Assembly: GCA_963705165.1 (NCBI GenBank)
Contig: CAVPJD010000030.1
Coordinates: 1-64,000 of the forward strand
DNA from: an uncultured delta proteobacterium
GTDB lineage: Bacteria; Desulfobacterota; Syntrophia; Syntrophales; UBA2192
Direction: 5' to 3'
DNA length: 64,000 nt
In this document: positions 19,550-30,268 of the stretch, piece by piece
How the letters are laid out: every line of letters begins with the position of its first letter
Numbering within the stretch: position 1 is the first letter of the stretch
Notes under the pieces: generated by a model
Seen by the model: the letters and a program-made list of their open reading frames with translations, nothing else
Told to the model about the DNA's origin: nothing
Databases searched by the model: none
Made by a program: the position numbers and the translations under genes

Positions 19550-20356
19550 ATGAAAATCATTCATTTTATTTCTGACAAAGCGGAACGGCTGTACGGCGCC
19601 TACGAGCCGGCAGAGCCGGGAAAGGCTCGTATCATTGAAGGAGACATTTTGGGGCGGTTCACGCTGACGGATCGTTCGGCTGTCATCAAGAAAATACTGC
19701 CGCCGGTCGATCCCCCGAACATTCTGGCCCTCGGGTTCAGCTACGGAAAGCATGCGGGGGAAACGGAAAGCCGCGCCCCGGAAAGCCCCGTGCTTTTCAT
19801 CAAGGGCACCAACAGCCTCACCGGCCCCGGGGACACGATCCTTCTTCCGAAGGCGGGGCCCGACGAGGTGGATTACGAGGCGGAGCTTGCCGTCGTCATC
19901 GGAAAGCGGGCGAGGAACGTTTCTGTAAAAGAGGCCATGGAGTACGTCATCGGCTACACCTGCGGCAACGATGTGAGCGCCCGGGACTGGCAGATGCGCA
20001 GGCAGAAGCAGCAGTGGGCGCGGGGAAAGAGCTTCGACACGTTCTGCCCCCTAGGGCCATTCCTCGTAACGAAGGAAGAGGTCCCTGAGCCCGACAACCT
20101 GAGAATTCAGTCCATCCTCAACGGCAAGGTGATGCAGGATTCGAACACCTCCGACATGCTCTTCAGTGTCGCCCAGATCGTGAGCGATCTGAGCCGCTCC
20201 ATGACTCTGCTACCGGGAACCGTGATCATGACAGGGACCCCCGAGGGCGTTGGCTTTGTCCGCAAGCCGCCGGTCTTCATGCGCCACGGCGATGTGGTCA
20301 CCATCGTCATCGAGAAAATCGGGGAGCTGACGAATCCCGTCGAAAATGAGGTGTGA
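19550..20356 (+). CDS. Fumarylacetoacetate hydrolase family protein
   Basis: VDYEAELAVVIGK, NDVSARDWQ, GKSFDTFCP, TGTPEGVG; AGGAG RBS. Confidence 0.95.
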   Translation: MKIIHFISDKAERLYGAYEPAEPGKARIIEGDILGRFTLTDRSAVIKKILPPVDPPNILALGFSYGKHAGETESRAPESPVLFIKGTNSLTGPGDTILLPKAGPDEVDYEAELAVVIGKRARNVSVKEAMEYVIGYTCGNDVSARDWQMRRQKQQWARGKSFDTFCPLGPFLVTKEEVPEPDNLRIQSILNGKVMQDSNTSDMLFSVAQIVSDLSRSMTLLPGTVIMTGTPEGVGFVRKPPVFMRHGDVVTIVIEKIGELTNPVENEV

Positions 20357-20534
20357 GGCCCGGGGCAGGCTGCCGATGCACGAAAGAGTGGCAAAACATG
20401 CCCGCATATGCTATGAGCCAGGCAGAGGGGGCCTGTGAGGAACAAGCCCCCTTTTTCATCACGGGTTGTTTGCATCAAAACCCTATTCCCTGCAGCGCGC
20501 GCGGCAGGGATTGCGGACCATGCAGGAGGTTGAA

Positions 20535-22070
20535 ATGAGCAGCAGCGCAAACGAAAGAAAACAATTCTTTACGATCCTCGTGGTCTGCCTGGTGGGTTTC
20601 TTCATCCTCTCCGTCGTGGGGGTATTGAGGTTCTCCCTGGCGCCGGGCCTGCGGTCATCCTATGCCGGCGCGGATGGCGCGAGCTCGCCGGCCGCGCCGG
20701 CCGCTGCGCCCAAAACGGTTTTCCCCTCGGTGCAGGGCGGATCGGGGGCCCCGGGGTCGCTCGCCGATATTGTGGAAAAGCTGAGCCCCGCCGTCGTGAA
20801 CATCAGCACGACGAAGGTCGTCAAGATGGACGGCAAACGGACTCCCTCCAACGAGATGTTCCCCTTTGACCGGTTTTTCGGCGGCGAGGAAGACTACTAC
20901 AAACGCTATTTCGGAGACAATCCCGAAAAGGAATTCCGGCAGCGCAGTCTCGGTTCGGGGTTCATCATCAGCAAGGACGGGTACATTTTCACGAACAATC
21001 ATGTCATCGAGAAGGCCGACAAGATCAAGGTGCGCCTCTCGACGGGAAAAGAATACGACGCAACCGTGAAGGGCAGGGACCCTCGCACGGATCTTGCCCT
21101 CATCAAGATCACCCCCGAAAACAGCCTGCCCACGGTCAGCCTGGGAGACTCGGACCGGCTTCGCGTGGGCGACTGGGTCATGGCCATCGGGAACCCCTTC
21201 GGGCTCGATCACACGGTGACTGCGGGAATCGTGAGCGCCAAGGGCCGTGTCATCGGGGCCGGACCCTATGACAATTTTATCCAGACCGATGCATCCATCA
21301 ACCCCGGAAACAGCGGCGGCCCGCTTTTCAACATGGCAGGCGAGGTCGTCGGGATCAACACGGCCATCGTGTCGCAGGGGCAGGGCATCGGATTTGCCAT
21401 CCCCGTGAACATGGCCAAAGAGATCCTCGAGGACCTCAAGGCAAAGGGCAAAGTCACCCGGGGCTGGCTGGGAGTGTCGGTCCAGGACATCACGGAGGAC
21501 TTGGCAAAGAGCCTGAAACTTCAGGACCGCAGCGGTGCGCTGGTGACGGAGGTCTTCGAGGGAGACCCGGCAGACAAGGCCGGCATCAAGCAGGGCGACA
21601 TCATCATCGAGGTCGACGGCAAAAAGGTCAAGGACACCCATGAGTTGCTCCGTGCCGTAGCGGTTCTGCCCGTCGGGAAAAAGGCGGCCCTGAAAGTCCT
21701 CCGGGAAGGCCAGGTGAAGGAACTTCAGCTCACCGTGGCGGAACGGGAAGACAAGAAGGAAATGGCTGCCGCCAAGGGGGACTCGAAAGACACATACGGG
21801 ATGTCCGTTCAGGACATCACCACGGAGATTGCAAAGCAGCTGGGACTTCCGTCGGCGGGCGGCGTCATCGTGACGAGGGTCCGCGAAGGTAGCGCATCGG
21901 ACGAGGCGGGCCTTCAGACCTATGACGTGGTCCTCCAGGTCAACCGGGTGAAGGTGACCTCCGTAAAAGACTTCATGCGCGAGATATCGAAAAAGACCGC
22001 CGAGGACCGGGTGTTGTTGCTGATCAAGCGAGGCAAGGGCACCTATTACGTGGCCCTGCGCAAGGAGTAG
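20535..22070 (+). CDS. degP: DegP/DegQ (HtrA) serine protease with two PDZ domains
   Basis: LGSGFII, TNNHV, TDLAL, INPGNSGGPL; AGGAGG RBS before ATG 20535. Confidence 0.94.
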   Translation: MSSSANERKQFFTILVVCLVGFFILSVVGVLRFSLAPGLRSSYAGADGASSPAAPAAAPKTVFPSVQGGSGAPGSLADIVEKLSPAVVNISTTKVVKMDGKRTPSNEMFPFDRFFGGEEDYYKRYFGDNPEKEFRQRSLGSGFIISKDGYIFTNNHVIEKADKIKVRLSTGKEYDATVKGRDPRTDLALIKITPENSLPTVSLGDSDRLRVGDWVMAIGNPFGLDHTVTAGIVSAKGRVIGAGPYDNFIQTDASINPGNSGGPLFNMAGEVVGINTAIVSQGQGIGFAIPVNMAKEILEDLKAKGKVTRGWLGVSVQDITEDLAKSLKLQDRSGALVTEVFEGDPADKAGIKQGDIIIEVDGKKVKDTHELLRAVAVLPVGKKAALKVLREGQVKELQLTVAEREDKKEMAAAKGDSKDTYGMSVQDITTEIAKQLGLPSAGGVIVTRVREGSASDEAGLQTYDVVLQVNRVKVTSVKDFMREISKKTAEDRVLLLIKRGKGTYYVALRKE

Positions 22071-22092
22071 GGAAGGGACAGGACAAAAACCG

Positions 22093-22830
22093 GTGGACAG
22101 GGGGAAGAGGCTGCTCCGCATCTATGAAAGGCTGGAGAGATTCTTCGGGGACCTTCAATGGTGGCCCGGGGAGAGCGCCTTCGAGGTTGCCGTCGGGGCG
22201 ATCCTGACGCAGAACACGAACTGGGCCAACGTGGAAAAGGCCATCGGGCAGCTCAAGGCTCAAGGGGTCATGGAACCTCGGGCCCTTCACGGCCTGGACG
22301 ATGAGACACTGGCCAACCTGATCCGTCCATCAGGGTATTTCCGGGTCAAGACGAAACGGCTGAAGGCGTTTCTCGAGGTGCTTTGCGGCGATTTCAAGGG
22401 CGACCTCGGGCTGATGCTCTCGGGGGACCTGCAGCATGCGAGGCAGAGGCTCCTGGGAATATCGGGGATCGGGGAGGAGACCGCCGACAGCATGCTCCTC
22501 TATGCGGGGGGCAGGCCGGTGTTCGTCGTCGATGCCTACACAAGGCGAATCCTCACAAGGCATGGGATCATCGATGGCAAACCGCCCTACGGGGAGATCC
22601 AGCGCCTGTTCCTGACACACCTGCCGCGTGATGCAGGCGTATACAACCAATACCACGCAATGATCGTCGCAACGGGGAAGCTTTTTTGCCGCACGGAGCC
22701 CCGCTGCGGCGAGTGTCCGCTCCGAAAGATTGCGGGCCGGGACAGGGACAGGAAGACAGGGCCGGTGCCCGCTGAGCCGGCAGCAGGGCGAAGGGGTAGA
22801 GCGGCGTGTTCGTCCGGGAAGAGATTCTGA
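22093..22830 (+). CDS. Endonuclease III-like HhH-GPD protein
   Basis: WWP, AILTQNTNW, GIGEETAD, VVDAYTRR, C-terminal Cys cluster. Confidence 0.92.
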   Translation: MDRGKRLLRIYERLERFFGDLQWWPGESAFEVAVGAILTQNTNWANVEKAIGQLKAQGVMEPRALHGLDDETLANLIRPSGYFRVKTKRLKAFLEVLCGDFKGDLGLMLSGDLQHARQRLLGISGIGEETADSMLLYAGGRPVFVVDAYTRRILTRHGIIDGKPPYGEIQRLFLTHLPRDAGVYNQYHAMIVATGKLFCRTEPRCGECPLRKIAGRDRDRKTGPVPAEPAAGRRGRAACSSGKRF

Positions 22831-23948
22831 AATCAAGGCTCCAGGAAGAACGGCACACCTTCATCCTGAAGCTCAACGACTATGCCGGCGTCATCCACAT
22901 TCATTCCGACTACTCCCATGACGGGCGGGCATCAATCCTAGAGATCGTCGAGGCGGCCCGGGCCAACGGCATCGACTTCGTCATGCTCACCGATCATGAC
23001 TGGCTTCAGGCCAAGCATGACGGCTACGAGAGATCCTGCGACGGGGTCCTCCTCTTTATTGGCATCGAGGTGACGCCCCGCTACAATCATTACATCGCCT
23101 TCGGGATCGACGAACCCCTCATCAGCTGTGACCTGGCAAGGGTTTTTCCCTATGAGGACGAACAGGAAATCTCCCCGCAGTTCTACATAGACTGGGTCCG
23201 GAGCAAAGGAGGGCTCGGGTTCATTGCCCACCCCGACCACGAGGGCGCGTTAAGGTTTCACGTGAAACAACACCCCTGGAACGACTGGAGCGTAACAGGC
23301 TACACGGGGATCGGGATCTGGGACTTCATGACGGACTTTCAGAGCCGGCTGAAGGGGTACCCGAGCGCCCTGCTCAGCTACTATTTTCCCGCTTACAGGC
23401 TCCGCGGGCCCAAAAAAGAGACGCTCGCTCGCTGGGACGATCTGAACCGGAGCCGCAAGGTCGTCGGGATCGGCGAGCTCGACAATCACGAAACCGTCAA
23501 AAAGCTGCTCGGCATCCAATTCCATATCTTCCCCTTCAGCAAGGCCTTCCGGTTCATCCGAACGCACATCCTGACAGAAGCAGATTTCCTGAAAGAAGAC
23601 GAGCTGGATCGCGAGATCGTCCTTTCGGCCCTGAGACGGGGGAGGGCCTACGTCGCACTGGAGTATTTCGAACCGGCCAGGGGTTTTTCCTTCGTGATCA
23701 TGGGCGAGTCGGAGGTGGCCACCATGGGGGACGAGTTCTTTCTTGACGACCTGGCCATCGTGCACATCGAGCTTCCCGTGAAGGGAAAGATCCGCCTCAT
23801 CAAGGACGGGGAGCTGTTCCGGGAGCAGGTGGGCAGGGAGTTGACCTGTGGAATCGACGAGCCGGGTATCTACCGGGTAGAGGTCTATCACAGAAAGGCG
23901 CTCAAGTACCGGCCCTGGATCTTCTCCAATCCGATCTACGTAAAATAA
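22806..23948 (+). CDS. PHP-domain metallohydrolase (CehA/McbA-like)
   Basis: HIHSDYSHDG, LTDHD, AHP, LDNH, WIFSNPIY; start uncertain. Confidence 0.85.
   Translation: MFVREEILKSRLQEERHTFILKLNDYAGVIHIHSDYSHDGRASILEIVEAARANGIDFVMLTDHDWLQAKHDGYERSCDGVLLFIGIEVTPRYNHYIAFGIDEPLISCDLARVFPYEDEQEISPQFYIDWVRSKGGLGFIAHPDHEGALRFHVKQHPWNDWSVTGYTGIGIWDFMTDFQSRLKGYPSALLSYYFPAYRLRGPKKETLARWDDLNRSRKVVGIGELDNHETVKKLLGIQFHIFPFSKAFRFIRTHILTEADFLKEDELDREIVLSALRRGRAYVALEYFEPARGFSFVIMGESEVATMGDEFFLDDLAIVHIELPVKGKIRLIKDGELFREQVGRELTCGIDEPGIYRVEVYHRKALKYRPWIFSNPIYVK
23254..23269. other. parS: parS centromere-like site
   Basis: GGTTTCACGTGAAACA, 15/16 to TGTTTCACGTGAAACA; ~20 kb from dnaA/parAB. Confidence 0.85.
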
Positions 23949-23950
23949 AA

Positions 23951-24060
23951 AAGGCAAAAGGCTTAGGGCTAAGGGCATAGGGCCGAAACAAATAAGAAAA
24001 CCGGACATTCCATCCGGTTCTTTTTTGCCATAAGCCCCTTGCCTTAAGCCTTTTGCCAGT
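23951..24060. repeat. Inverted 7-mer tandem-repeat hairpin (GCC type)
   Basis: aaggcaa aaggctt agggcta agggcat agggccg ... tgccata agcccct tgcctta agccttt; overlaps the lipA stop. Confidence 0.85.
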
Positions 24061-24901
24061 CTTGCGCATATCTGGCCGCATGGTAGGAGCTTCTCACCAG
24101 CGGACCGGAGACAACGGTCCGAAGCCCTCGCTGAAGGGCTTCCCGCCTGAATTCCTCGAAATCTTCCGGGATGTAAAAAGTTGCGACGGGCCAGTGGTCG
24201 ATGGAAGGCTGCAGGTACTGGCCGATTGTGAGGCTTGCGCAGGAGACGGCCGCAAGATCGTCCAGAAGCGAAAGGATCTCGCCCCGCACTTCCCCGAGGC
24301 CGATCATGAAGCCCGACTTCGTGAGTGCCTTGCGCCTGTCCGATCCGGCGCGGCGCAGGAGCTCCAGCGACAGGGCGTAATTGCCCTGGGGGCGAAGCTC
24401 GCCAAAGAGCCTCGGGGCTACCTCGACATTGTGGTTCAAAACGTGGGGCCCGGCCTCGAGAATCCTCTCCAGGGCGGCCCAGTTTCCCTGCAGGTCGGGG
24501 ATCAGGACTTCCACCCTGCAGTCCGGGATCTCCCTGCGCAAAAGCTCTACGCAGCGGGCAAAGAGCGCCGCGCCTCCGTCCGGAAGATCGTCTCTCGTCA
24601 CGGAGGTGATGACGATGTACCGCAGCCCCAGCGCCCTTACTGCCTCAACGAGGCGTTCAGGTTCCGCCTCGTCGACCTGGCCGGGCCGCCCGTGCGCGAC
24701 GTTGCAATACCTGCAGTTGCGGGTACAGGTGTTCCCCAGGATGAGAAAGGTGGCCGTGCCGGACCGGAAGCACTCCCCCATGTTGGGGCAGCGGGCTTCC
24801 TGGCAGACGGAGTGGAGATCCAGTCGGCCGAGAAGCCCCCGCATCTCGGAGAACTCGCGGGAGTTCGGCAGGGGGACTTTCAGCCAGTCGGGTTTGCGCA
24901 T
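24044..24901 (-). CDS. lipA: Lipoyl synthase
   Basis: RKPDWL, CQEARCPNMGEC, CTRNCRYC, VRSSY. Confidence 0.98.
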   Translation of the reverse strand: MRKPDWLKVPLPNSREFSEMRGLLGRLDLHSVCQEARCPNMGECFRSGTATFLILGNTCTRNCRYCNVAHGRPGQVDEAEPERLVEAVRALGLRYIVITSVTRDDLPDGGAALFARCVELLRREIPDCRVEVLIPDLQGNWAALERILEAGPHVLNHNVEVAPRLFGELRPQGNYALSLELLRRAGSDRRKALTKSGFMIGLGEVRGEILSLLDDLAAVSCASLTIGQYLQPSIDHWPVATFYIPEDFEEFRREALQRGLRTVVSGPLVRSSYHAARYAQDWQKA

Positions 24902-24905
24902 GGGA

Positions 24906-24987
24906 TGGCTTAAGGCTTATGGCTCAAGGCTTATGGCGAGAGAGAAAGAAAACATCCTTATGCCCTAAGCCTTATGCCTTCAGCCGC
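24906..24987. repeat. Inverted 7-mer tandem-repeat hairpin (GCC type)
   Basis: tggctta aggctta tggctca aggctta tggcgag ... tgcccta agcctta tgccttc. Confidence 0.85.
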
Positions 24988-24990
24988 TGC

Positions 24991-26805
24991 TTAGAAATAG
25001 TACCAGATTGAGCTGTAATCGTTCACATTTTCCCCGTCCTTGGCCAGCCGCTTGAGGTAGTCGTAGATGGACACATCGGTGTGCACGTAGTCCAACGCTG
25101 TGACAAGACGAACCTCCCAGGAGTAAAACCGGTACATCCGGCGGCCGTCGGGGAGGATATTGACGATCTCGTGATCCTGCCAGGCCCGCAGGTTGACCTT
25201 GCCCAGCCGCGGGACGTTGAAAACGGGCTCGTCGGTCCGCACCAGCCCCGGCAGCAGCCGGGCCTCTTCGAGCTGTTCCTGCTCCATCCGCGCGATGGGG
25301 ACGCGGAAATCGATGGTCTCCTCCTTGCCTTTCGCGCTGAAGGAGTAGTAGGGGTCCACTCCGGAGAGCTTCAATGTCCTGCGCAGGAGCGCCGTCTCGT
25401 ATCTGCGGCTGTTGTAGTAGGTGAAGACCTGCTGGTTGTAGATGTTCATCCCGACGCTTTTGATCTTCCGGATGCACTCCAGAGAATCGGGCGTCATCTC
25501 CGTGGGGTGCTCGAAGTGGGTGACGATGGCCAGCTCGCGCTTTCCCCACTCATGATACTTCCTGAAGACCTGCAGGAGCCCCTCGTCGATCCGGAAGGGC
25601 AGGGTGACGGGGATCCGGGTACCGATGCGAATCCTTTCGATGTGCTTGATGGCGGCCACCTCGCCGATGAGCCAGTCCAGGTAATCGTTGTTGAGGGTGA
25701 GCGGATCGCCCCCCGTGATGAGCACCTCGGAGATGCTCTCGTTTTCCTCGATCCAGCTCAGGGCCTCCTTCACCTTCTTGCGGGCCATCATCACCGTGTC
25801 GTCCATCCCCTTGATCTCCCAGTTGCGCTGGCAATACACGCAGATCTGGGGACAGGAGTTGTAGGGCTTGAGGATCAGGATTTCGGGGTAGCGGCGGGTG
25901 ATGCCGTCGATGGGGCTGGTGGATTTTTCCCCCATGAAGTCCAGGTCGATCCCCTTGCGGCGGCTCTCGGCCACCTGTTCGCAGTAGAGGGTGCTCGGGA
26001 TGACCTGCGCGCGGATGGCACGGTCGTAGTCGGAGCGGCCCTCCTTGCGAAAGAGCGACAGGTAGTAGGGGGTGATCTCGAAGGGGATGTCGTTCTTCGT
26101 GGCGCTTGCGAGGCCTTGAGCTTCGCCCTTGTCGAGCTTCACCAGGGCGCGGATCGTGTCGAGGTCCTTGATGACGTGTCGCAGATGCCAACGATAATCC
26201 TGCCAGTCCTGATCCGTGGCTTTGAAGAAGCTCAGGATTTCGCGCTTGAGATTCTTCCGCTCGCGAAGCAAAGATTTGTCATAGCCCGTGCGGTAGCGGC
26301 GGAAGAAGCGGCGGATATTACAGGCATAATCATCAAGTTGTTCCGAACGGGAGAGGGCCGCCTCGCGGCCATCCTTTATCTGTAAGACTTCTTTGCGCTT
26401 GAGGTGCTTTCCCCCCCTGCCGGTGATGCCCAGAAACAGGGCCAGGTACTCGCAGAGGAAGGCTTCGGAGACCTGATCCAGTGCTTCCTTTTTTCCCTGG
26501 GCCAGTTCGTAGAGGATCTGCATGGGGGAGAAATGCGTCACGTATTCATTTTCCGTCCGCATGGTGTTCGAGAGCACCCGGATGCATTCCTTGGCGTTTC
26601 GTTTCTCCACGATGTTGAGATTGACGAAATAGGTGTCGGAACGCATGTTGAAAAGATCGCGCTCCAGGCGGTTGAGGTAATCGAAAAGTAGATGCCGGGC
26701 TTCTTCCATGTGCCTGGAATTTCTGCACAATTGACGAATCCGGGGTTCCGTCGCCCAGAGTTGTTCCACCAACTCTTCTTTCGACCAGTCCAGCCAGTTC
26801 TTCAT
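24991..26805 (-). CDS. Long KamA-family radical SAM/PLP aminomutase-like protein
   Basis: ITPYY, TRRYP, CPQICVYC, LITGGDPL, RIGTR, THFEHP, NQQV, PRLGK; ~190-aa N-terminal extension. Confidence 0.9.
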   Translation of the reverse strand: MKNWLDWSKEELVEQLWATEPRIRQLCRNSRHMEEARHLLFDYLNRLERDLFNMRSDTYFVNLNIVEKRNAKECIRVLSNTMRTENEYVTHFSPMQILYELAQGKKEALDQVSEAFLCEYLALFLGITGRGGKHLKRKEVLQIKDGREAALSRSEQLDDYACNIRRFFRRYRTGYDKSLLRERKNLKREILSFFKATDQDWQDYRWHLRHVIKDLDTIRALVKLDKGEAQGLASATKNDIPFEITPYYLSLFRKEGRSDYDRAIRAQVIPSTLYCEQVAESRRKGIDLDFMGEKSTSPIDGITRRYPEILILKPYNSCPQICVYCQRNWEIKGMDDTVMMARKKVKEALSWIEENESISEVLITGGDPLTLNNDYLDWLIGEVAAIKHIERIRIGTRIPVTLPFRIDEGLLQVFRKYHEWGKRELAIVTHFEHPTEMTPDSLECIRKIKSVGMNIYNQQVFTYYNSRRYETALLRRTLKLSGVDPYYSFSAKGKEETIDFRVPIARMEQEQLEEARLLPGLVRTDEPVFNVPRLGKVNLRAWQDHEIVNILPDGRRMYRFYSWEVRLVTALDYVHTDVSIYDYLKRLAKDGENVNDYSSIWYYF

Positions 26806-26883
26806 GCTCTCTCTCGTTGGTTTGTTGGTAAGCTGTTTATACGCAGGCGCGGGACCCGGGTGCGGCCGTTCTTTTCGTTGTGC

Positions 26884-28326
26884 CTAGCACAGGGTCCAGC
26901 ATACATCCGGTTTTCTCGCTGCCTGAACATCGTCGAGGCGCTTTACCGGGGTCGTGAGCGGCGCCGATTTCACAAGCTCGGGGCTCTCTTTCGCCTCTTT
27001 TGCAATGGATATCATGGCCTCGCAGAACTCGTCCAGAGTTTCCTTGCTCTCCGTCTCCGTGGGCTCGATCATGATGGCCTCCCGGACGATCAGGGGGAAA
27101 TAGATCGTCGGGGGGTGAAACCCGTAGTCGAGCAGGCGCTTGGCGATGTCTGTCGTGTGCACGCCGCTTTCCTGCACCTGCTTCTCCCCCGAGAAGACGC
27201 ACTCGTGCATGCAGATCCGGTCGTAGGGCAGATGGTAGTAGGGCCTCAGCCGCTCCTTGACGTAGTTTGCGTTGAGGACGGCGCTTTCGCTCACCCTCTT
27301 CATCCCAACGGCTCCGATGGAGCGGATGTAGGTGTAGGCCTTCACCATCACGTTGAAGTTTCCGTAAAAAGAACGGACCCGCCCGATCGAGTCGGGGAAC
27401 TCCTCGGACCACCGGTACAGCCCCCCTTCCTTCACGACCCGCGGCACAGGCAGGAAAGGCACCAGGTTGGCCTTCACGCCTAAGGGTCCGCTGCCGGGTC
27501 CTCCGCAACCATGGGGGGTGGAGAAGGTCTTGTGGAGGTTGAGCTGGATGATGTCAAAGCCCATATCCCCCGGTCTCGTGACCCCGACGAGCGCGTTGGC
27601 GTTGGCGCCGTCGCAGTACAGAAGCCCGCCCTTGCCGTGGACGATGGCGGACACTTCGTCGATGTTTCGCTCGAAGAGCCCCAGGGTGTTGGGGTTGGTG
27701 AGCATGAGCCCCGCCACGTCCGGGGTCATCAATTCCCGAAGGTGGTCCAGATCGACGCCGCCTTCGGCATTGGAGCGGACCGTGGCCACCTGGAACCCGC
27801 AGAGGGCAACCGACGCAGGATTTGTTCCGTGGGCCGTATCGGGGATGAGGACAGTCGAGCGCTTCTCTCCCTTTTTCTCGAAGTGCTTCTTGATGACCAT
27901 GACGCCCGTCAGTTCCCCGTGTGCGCCGGCCGCCGGCTGGAGCGTGAAATCGGCCATGCCGCAGATCTCCGAAAGGGTGCCGGCCAATTCGTAAAGAAGC
28001 TGCAGGTTGCCTTGGGCGAACCCGTCCGGCACGTAAGGGTGCAGGGATGTGAAACCATCCAGGCGGGCCACATTCTCGTTGATCTTCGGGTTGTACTTCA
28101 TCGTACAGGAGCCCAGGGGGTAGAAGCCCACGTCGACACCGAAGTTGCGTCTTGAGAGCCGAGTGTAGTGGCGAACGATGTCCACCTCGGCCAGTTCCGG
28201 AAGATCCAGATCGTCGCGCAGCAGCGAGGCGTCGATGATCTTGTCCAGTGCTACCTCGGGGACATCGCTTGCGGGGATCGTTCCTGCCGTCCGTCCGGCC
28301 CGGCTCATCTCAAAAATCAGTTCCAT
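26884..28326 (-). CDS. gcvPB: Glycine dehydrogenase (decarboxylating) subunit 2
   Basis: [34 protein letters not shown] before ATG 28326. Confidence 0.97.
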   Translation of the reverse strand: MELIFEMSRAGRTAGTIPASDVPEVALDKIIDASLLRDDLDLPELAEVDIVRHYTRLSRRNFGVDVGFYPLGSCTMKYNPKINENVARLDGFTSLHPYVPDGFAQGNLQLLYELAGTLSEICGMADFTLQPAAGAHGELTGVMVIKKHFEKKGEKRSTVLIPDTAHGTNPASVALCGFQVATVRSNAEGGVDLDHLRELMTPDVAGLMLTNPNTLGLFERNIDEVSAIVHGKGGLLYCDGANANALVGVTRPGDMGFDIIQLNLHKTFSTPHGCGGPGSGPLGVKANLVPFLPVPRVVKEGGLYRWSEEFPDSIGRVRSFYGNFNVMVKAYTYIRSIGAVGMKRVSESAVLNANYVKERLRPYYHLPYDRICMHECVFSGEKQVQESGVHTTDIAKRLLDYGFHPPTIYFPLIVREAIMIEPTETESKETLDEFCEAMISIAKEAKESPELVKSAPLTTPVKRLDDVQAARKPDVCWTLC

Positions 28327-28342
28327 GAGCACCTCGTAATTG

Positions 28343-28358
28343 CTTGTAACGTTACAAG
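28343..28358. promoter_or_regulatory. Perfect 16-bp palindrome, candidate operator
   Basis: CTTGTAACGTTACAAG in the gcvPA-gcvPB spacer. Confidence 0.4.
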
Positions 28359-28378
28359 TAACAGGCATTGCTAGCCTG

Positions 28379-29704
28379 TCATTTCAAGAGTTCGAAAACG
28401 CTGTCCATGTCTTCCCTGCTGAGCATCTCCGTCGCGCACAGCAGCATGCCACCCCCGAGCTCCGGGTAATCCTTCGAAAGATCGTATCCCCCTGTATACC
28501 CGGCTGCCTCGAGCCGCGCGTTTGCAGCCTTGACGTCGGGGCATGCCAGCGCGAACTCGTTGTACACGGGCCCCGGGAAAAGGGGCTTCCAGCCCCGCAG
28601 GGCCGCCAGCTTTTCCTTGAGGTAATTTGCCTTCCAGGCGTTGAGGGCCGCCAGCTTTTTTAGGTTCTTCCCCAGGCTGGCCAGGTAGACGGCTGCGGCG
28701 AGCATGCAGAGGGCCTCGTTGGAGCAGATGTTGGAGGTGGCCTTCTCGCGACGAATATGCTGCTCCCGCGTCTGGAGCGTAAGCACGTAGCCGCGCGAGC
28801 CCTCGCGGTCCATCGTTGCGCCGGCGAGCCTCCCGGGGATCTTCCGCAGGAAGGCATCGGTGCTGGCGAGAATGCCCAGATAGGGTCCCCCGTAGTTCAT
28901 GGGGTTGCCGAAGCCCTGGCCCTCGCCGACCACGAAATCGGCCCCTGCATCGCCAGCGGGTTTCAGGATTCCGAGCGAGGTAGGATCCGTAAAGCCTGCC
29001 ACCAGAAGCGCTCCCCGCCCGTGCGCCAGATCGGCCAGGGGCCTGATGTCTTCGATGACGCCGAAGAAGTTGGGGCTCTGGACGAGCACGGCAGCGGTCT
29101 CATCGTCAAGGAGCTTCCGGAGCCCCTCGTTGTCGACTTGGCCCGTCGGCTTGAAGGGGATCTCTGCGCATTCGTAACCGTTGGCCCAGGCGTAGGTCCT
29201 CACCACGTTGCGGTTCTCGGGGTGAATCGATCTCGCCAGGAGCAGGCGGGTCTTCCCGAGGGTCTTGGCCGAAAGCACGGCAGCCTCGGCCATGGCCGTT
29301 GCCCCGTCGTACATGGAGGCATTGGCCACCTGTGTTCCCGTGAGCCGTGTGATCATGGTCTGGTACTCGTAGATGGCCTGCAAAATGCCCTGGCTGATCT
29401 CGGCCTGGTAGGGGGTGTAGGCCGTGTAGAACTCCGAGCGGCCGATGATGTGGCCGACCACGGCGGGAATATAGTGATGGTAGGCGCCGGCGCCCAGGAG
29501 CGTTGCCTTCGGCAGGCGGTTACGGGCAGCGAGATCCGACATGTGCCCCCAGATTTCCTGCTCGGCAAGAGGCGGCGGCAGCTCGAGGAGCTTCTTGAGC
29601 CTGTATTTTTCCGGGATGTCGGCAAAGAGCGCCTCAAGGCTCTCAATACCGACGGTCTTCATCATCTCAATCTGCTCTTCCGGCGTGTGCGGAACGTAGT
29701 CCAT
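28379..29704 (-). CDS. gcvPA: Glycine dehydrogenase (decarboxylating) subunit 1
   Basis: [34 protein letters not shown]. Confidence 0.97.
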   Translation of the reverse strand: MDYVPHTPEEQIEMMKTVGIESLEALFADIPEKYRLKKLLELPPPLAEQEIWGHMSDLAARNRLPKATLLGAGAYHHYIPAVVGHIIGRSEFYTAYTPYQAEISQGILQAIYEYQTMITRLTGTQVANASMYDGATAMAEAAVLSAKTLGKTRLLLARSIHPENRNVVRTYAWANGYECAEIPFKPTGQVDNEGLRKLLDDETAAVLVQSPNFFGVIEDIRPLADLAHGRGALLVAGFTDPTSLGILKPAGDAGADFVVGEGQGFGNPMNYGGPYLGILASTDAFLRKIPGRLAGATMDREGSRGYVLTLQTREQHIRREKATSNICSNEALCMLAAAVYLASLGKNLKKLAALNAWKANYLKEKLAALRGWKPLFPGPVYNEFALACPDVKAANARLEAAGYTGGYDLSKDYPELGGGMLLCATEMLSREDMDSVFELLK

Positions 29705-29731
29705 ATGGCCTTCCCGTTCTGGATTTTATGA

Positions 29732-29781
29732 TTCTTATTCTTCACTCAGACACTTCCGCACTCAGTCACTTCTTCCACTTC
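29732..29781. repeat. Degenerate 8-mer tandem repeat (CACT type)
   Basis: cactcaga cacttccg cactcagt cacttctt. Confidence 0.65.
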
Positions 29782-29783
29782 TT

Positions 29784-30182
29784 TTAGTGCGGGTTGGCTT
29801 TGATGTGCTCTTCGTAAACCTCGGCCGTCATGAGGCCATCCAGCTCGGAGGGGTTCTCCATCTTGATCTTTGCGATCCAGCCCTCGCCGAAGGCGTCCTT
29901 GTTGATCAACTCGGGAGTTGCTTCGAGGGCCTGGTTGACCTCCATGACCTCACCGCTCACCGGTGCGAAAATGTCCGACACGGACTTGACCGACTCCACG
30001 ACGGCAATCGGCTGCATCTGCTTGACCTTTCTGCCCACGGCGGGAAGCTCCACGTAGACCACGTCCGTAAGAAGCTCCTGCGCGTGATCCGTGATGCCCA
30101 TGGTGACGGTATTGCCGCCGTCGCTCTTGGCCCACTCGTGCTCCTTTGTGTACTTTCGGTCTTTGGGACTGGGTTTGGCCAT
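29784..30182 (-). CDS. gcvH: Glycine cleavage H protein
   Basis: YTKEHEW, GITDHAQ, VESVK lipoyl-Lys. Confidence 0.98.
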   Translation of the reverse strand: MAKPSPKDRKYTKEHEWAKSDGGNTVTMGITDHAQELLTDVVYVELPAVGRKVKQMQPIAVVESVKSVSDIFAPVSGEVMEVNQALEATPELINKDAFGEGWIAKIKMENPSELDGLMTAEVYEEHIKANPH

Positions 30183-30268
30183 CGTTTGCTCCTTTCGTTA
30201 TCGTAGCCCCAACTGGATGAGTCACGGGGGGGCTGGTATCCGGCGCTTTTTGTCAGCTGACCTGCCGG

